Shown here: positions 29,613 through 32,000 of the stretch, one piece after another
Position numbering within the stretch: the stretch's first letter is position 1
Layout: each line of letters opens with the position of its first letter
NCBI RefSeq assembly: GCF_052907965.1
Contig: NZ_CM128593.1
Strand: one strand, 5' to 3'
Length of the DNA: 32,000 nucleotides
Program-made: the position numbers and the translations under genes
The notes under the pieces: model-generated
Told to the model about the DNA's origin: nothing
What the model saw: the letters and a program-made list of their open reading frames with translations, nothing else
The model's database searches: none

Positions 29613-30442
29613 CGCGCTCGCTTAGCGTTCTTCCCTACTTACTGTTATTGCCACAGTTTATTAGCGGACAGATCAATCTGGGCGGACTGATGAAATCGCG
29701 CCAGGCCTTTATGCTGGTATCGAACAATTTAAGCTGGTTTATTTATAAATATGACGAACTTGCTGAACTGGCTGCGGTTATCGATCGCTTGTATGAGTTC
29801 CATCAACTCACCGAACATCGCCCTACGAATAAGCCTAAAAATTGCCAACATGCGGTACAAGTGGCTGATGCGAGTATTCGTACGCCTGATAATAAGATCA
29901 TATTAGAGAACTTGAACTTTCATGTTTCGCCAGGCAAATGGCTATTACTGAAAGGCTACTCTGGTGCGGGAAAAACCACACTGCTTAAAACATTATCCCA
30001 CTGCTGGCCGTGGTTTAAAGGTGATATTTCTTCTCCTGCTGACAGTTGGTATGTGTCACAAACACCGTTAATCAAAACCGGCTTACTGAAAGAGATTATT
30101 TGTAAAGCACTTCCCCTGCCCGTAGACGATAAATCCTTGAGCGAAGTACTGCATCAGGTTGGTCTGGGGAAATTGGCTGCGCGTATTCATGACCACGATC
30201 GCTGGGGAGATATTCTTTCCAGCGGCGAAAAACAACGTATAGCCCTGGCACGATTAATTTTACGACGTCCGAAATGGATATTTCTTGACGAAACTACCTC
30301 TCATCTTGAGGAACAAGAGGCTATCCGCTTACTGCGTTTAGTGCGTGAAAAACTACCCACAAGCGGCGTCATTATGGTTACACATCAACCCGGTGTCTGG
30401 AACCTGGCAGATGATATTTGTGACATTAGCGCGGTTTTATAA
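29613..30442 (+). pseudogene. yddA: yddA 3' part (end of the permease domain plus the ABC ATPase domain)
   Basis: It continues the YddA sequence (LSVLPYFLLLPQFISGQ...). Walker A GYSGAGKTT, ABC signature LSSGEKQR, Walker B WIFLDETTS. Confidence 0.9.
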
Positions 30443-30479
30443 AAACAATAAAAGCCCTGCTGTACGGAGATATAAATAA

Positions 30480-32000
30480 ATGAAGCGAGTTCTTATTCCT
30501 GGCGTCATTTTATGTGGCGCTGATGTGGCGCAGGCCGTCGATGACAAAAACATGTACATGCATGTTTTTGAAGAGATGACGGTCTATGCTCCTGTCCCTG
30601 TACCCGTAAACGGCAACACGCATTACACCAGTGAAAGCATCGAGCGTTTACCGACCGGGAATGGCAATATCAGCGATCTGCTGAGAACCAACCCTGCGGT
30701 ACGCATGGATTCAACGCAAAGTACCTCGTTGAACCAGGGAGATATTCGCCCGGAGAAAATCTCTATTCACGGTGCGTCGCCCTATCAGAATGCCTATTTG
30801 ATTGACGGTATTAGTGCCACTAATAACCTGAACCCAGCGAATGAGTCCGATGCCAGTAGTGCAACCAATATTAGCGGGATGTCACAGGGGTATTATCTTG
30901 ATGTCAGCTTACTGGACAATGTGACGCTTTATGACAGTTTTGTGCCGGTTGAATTCGGTCGCTTCAATGGCGGGGTAATTGATGCAAAGATCAAACGCTT
31001 CAACGCTGATGATAGCAGCGTGAAACTGGGTTATCGCACTACGCGTTCGGACTGGTTAACATCGCATATCGATGAGAATAACAAGAGCGCATTTAATCAA
31101 GGCTCTTCAGGAAGTACTTATTACTCCCCAGATTTTAAAAAGAACTTTTATACCTTGTCGTTTAATCAGGAACTCGCTGATAACTTTGGCGTTACCGCCG
31201 GTTTATCGCGCCGCCAGTCAGATATCACCCGCGCGGATTATGTTTCGAATGACGGCATTGTCGCCGGTCGGGCACAGTATAAAAACGTTATCGATACTGC
31301 ATTGAGCAAATTTACCTGGTTTGCCAGCGACCGCTTTACCCACGATTTAACCTTAAAATATACCGGCTCCAGCCGTGATTATAATACCAGCACCTTCCCG
31401 CAGTCTGATCGCGAAATGGGTAATAAATCCTATGGTCTGGCATGGGATATGGATACGCAGCTCGCATGGGCCAAACTACGTACCACCGTTGGTTGGGATC
31501 ATATTAGTGATTATACCCGTCACGATCATGACATCTGGTACACCGAACTTTCATGTACATATGGTGATATTACAGGGCGTTGCACCCGTGGCGGATTAGG
31601 ACACATTTCCCAGGCTGTAGATAATTACACCTTCAAAACACGCCTGGACTGGCAAAAATTTGCCGTGGGTAATGTTTCGCATCAACCCTACTTCGGCGCG
31701 GAATACATCTATTCCGATGCGTGGACTGAACGCCATAACCAGTCTGAATCCTATGTGATTAATGCTGCCGGAAAGAAAACTAACCATACCATTTACCATA
31801 AAGGTAAAGGCAGCCTGGGAATTGACAACTACACACTGTATATGGCGGATCGCATTAGCTGGCGTAATGTGTCATTAATGCCCGGCGTGCGGTATGACTA
31901 TGACAACTATCTGTCAAACCACAATATCTCCCCGCGCTTTATGACGGAATGGGATATTTTTGCTGATCAAACCTCAATGATTACAGCAGGTTATAACCGT
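30480..32000 (+). CDS. yddB: TonB-dependent-receptor-like outer membrane protein YddB, 5' partial (runs off the window)
   Basis: ATG at 30480, followed by 507 open codons to the window end by my own translation. It is absent from the ORF track because no stop lies in the window. Signal peptide MKRVLIPGVILCGADVAQA and plug-domain motifs (ISIHGASPYQNAYLIDGIS, EFGRFNGGVI). Confidence 0.85.
   Translation, partial: MKRVLIPGVILCGADVAQAVDDKNMYMHVFEEMTVYAPVPVPVNGNTHYTSESIERLPTGNGNISDLLRTNPAVRMDSTQSTSLNQGDIRPEKISIHGASPYQNAYLIDGISATNNLNPANESDASSATNISGMSQGYYLDVSLLDNVTLYDSFVPVEFGRFNGGVIDAKIKRFNADDSSVKLGYRTTRSDWLTSHIDENNKSAFNQGSSGSTYYSPDFKKNFYTLSFNQELADNFGVTAGLSRRQSDITRADYVSNDGIVAGRAQYKNVIDTALSKFTWFASDRFTHDLTLKYTGSSRDYNTSTFPQSDREMGNKSYGLAWDMDTQLAWAKLRTTVGWDHISDYTRHDHDIWYTELSCTYGDITGRCTRGGLGHISQAVDNYTFKTRLDWQKFAVGNVSHQPYFGAEYIYSDAWTERHNQSESYVINAAGKKTNHTIYHKGKGSLGIDNYTLYMADRISWRNVSLMPGVRYDYDNYLSNHNISPRFMTEWDIFADQTSMITAGYNR

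Noticed and set aside
31072-31799. Short ORFs (31072-31305 plus, 31375-31599 plus, 31596-31799 minus) in the last kilobase.
   Set aside because: They lie inside the long open yddB frame, which starts at 30480 and has no stop before the window end. That is why yddB is missing from the ORF track.

Overview
Enterobacterial (Escherichia/Shigella-like) chromosome at the replication terminus. Positions 1-17276 are a head-to-tail tandem array with a period of 8,739 bp. It consists of an Ff-like filamentous (Inovirus) prophage integrated at the XerCD site dif. Copy A is cut by the window edge, copy B is complete, and a hybrid dif sits at 17263-17290. Every ORF of 60 aa or more in copy A, in all six frames, recurs with an identical translation at +8739.

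Each copy carries the following, in order:
- a leftward 62-aa RHH-type regulator
- a divergent operator/promoter region
- a large HUH rolling-circle Rep of the P2-A/phiX174-A type
- a putative ssDNA-binding protein
- two small hydrophobic proteins resembling minor coat proteins
- a major coat protein followed by a terminator
- a pIII-like adsorption protein with 39-bp Gly/Ser repeats
- a pVI-like protein
- a pI/Zot-like assembly NTPase
- a ~0.7-kb non-coding block of 312-339 bp tandem repeats, each starting with an element I recognise as similar to the ColE1/pBR322 primosome-assembly (PriA/factor Y) region
- a pIV-like secretin

The copy A/copy B junction preserves a CTXphi-style attP: two inverted dif-like sites flanking a GC hairpin.

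Downstream chromosomal genes are:
- a decayed yde (F9/Fml) chaperone-usher fimbrial operon, with ydeR and ydeQ intact
- ydeP
- safA-ydeO, with EvgA boxes upstream of both ydeP and safA
- ydeN (a Ser-type sulfatase) and ydeM (a radical-SAM maturase)
- yddA split by an IS1 with a 9-bp target duplication
- the 5' 1.5 kb of yddB

I recognised no rRNA, tRNA or CRISPR. The most interesting material is the prophage array, its attP architecture and the repeated pas-like intergenic element. I see no evidence for a wholly new multi-gene system beyond that.
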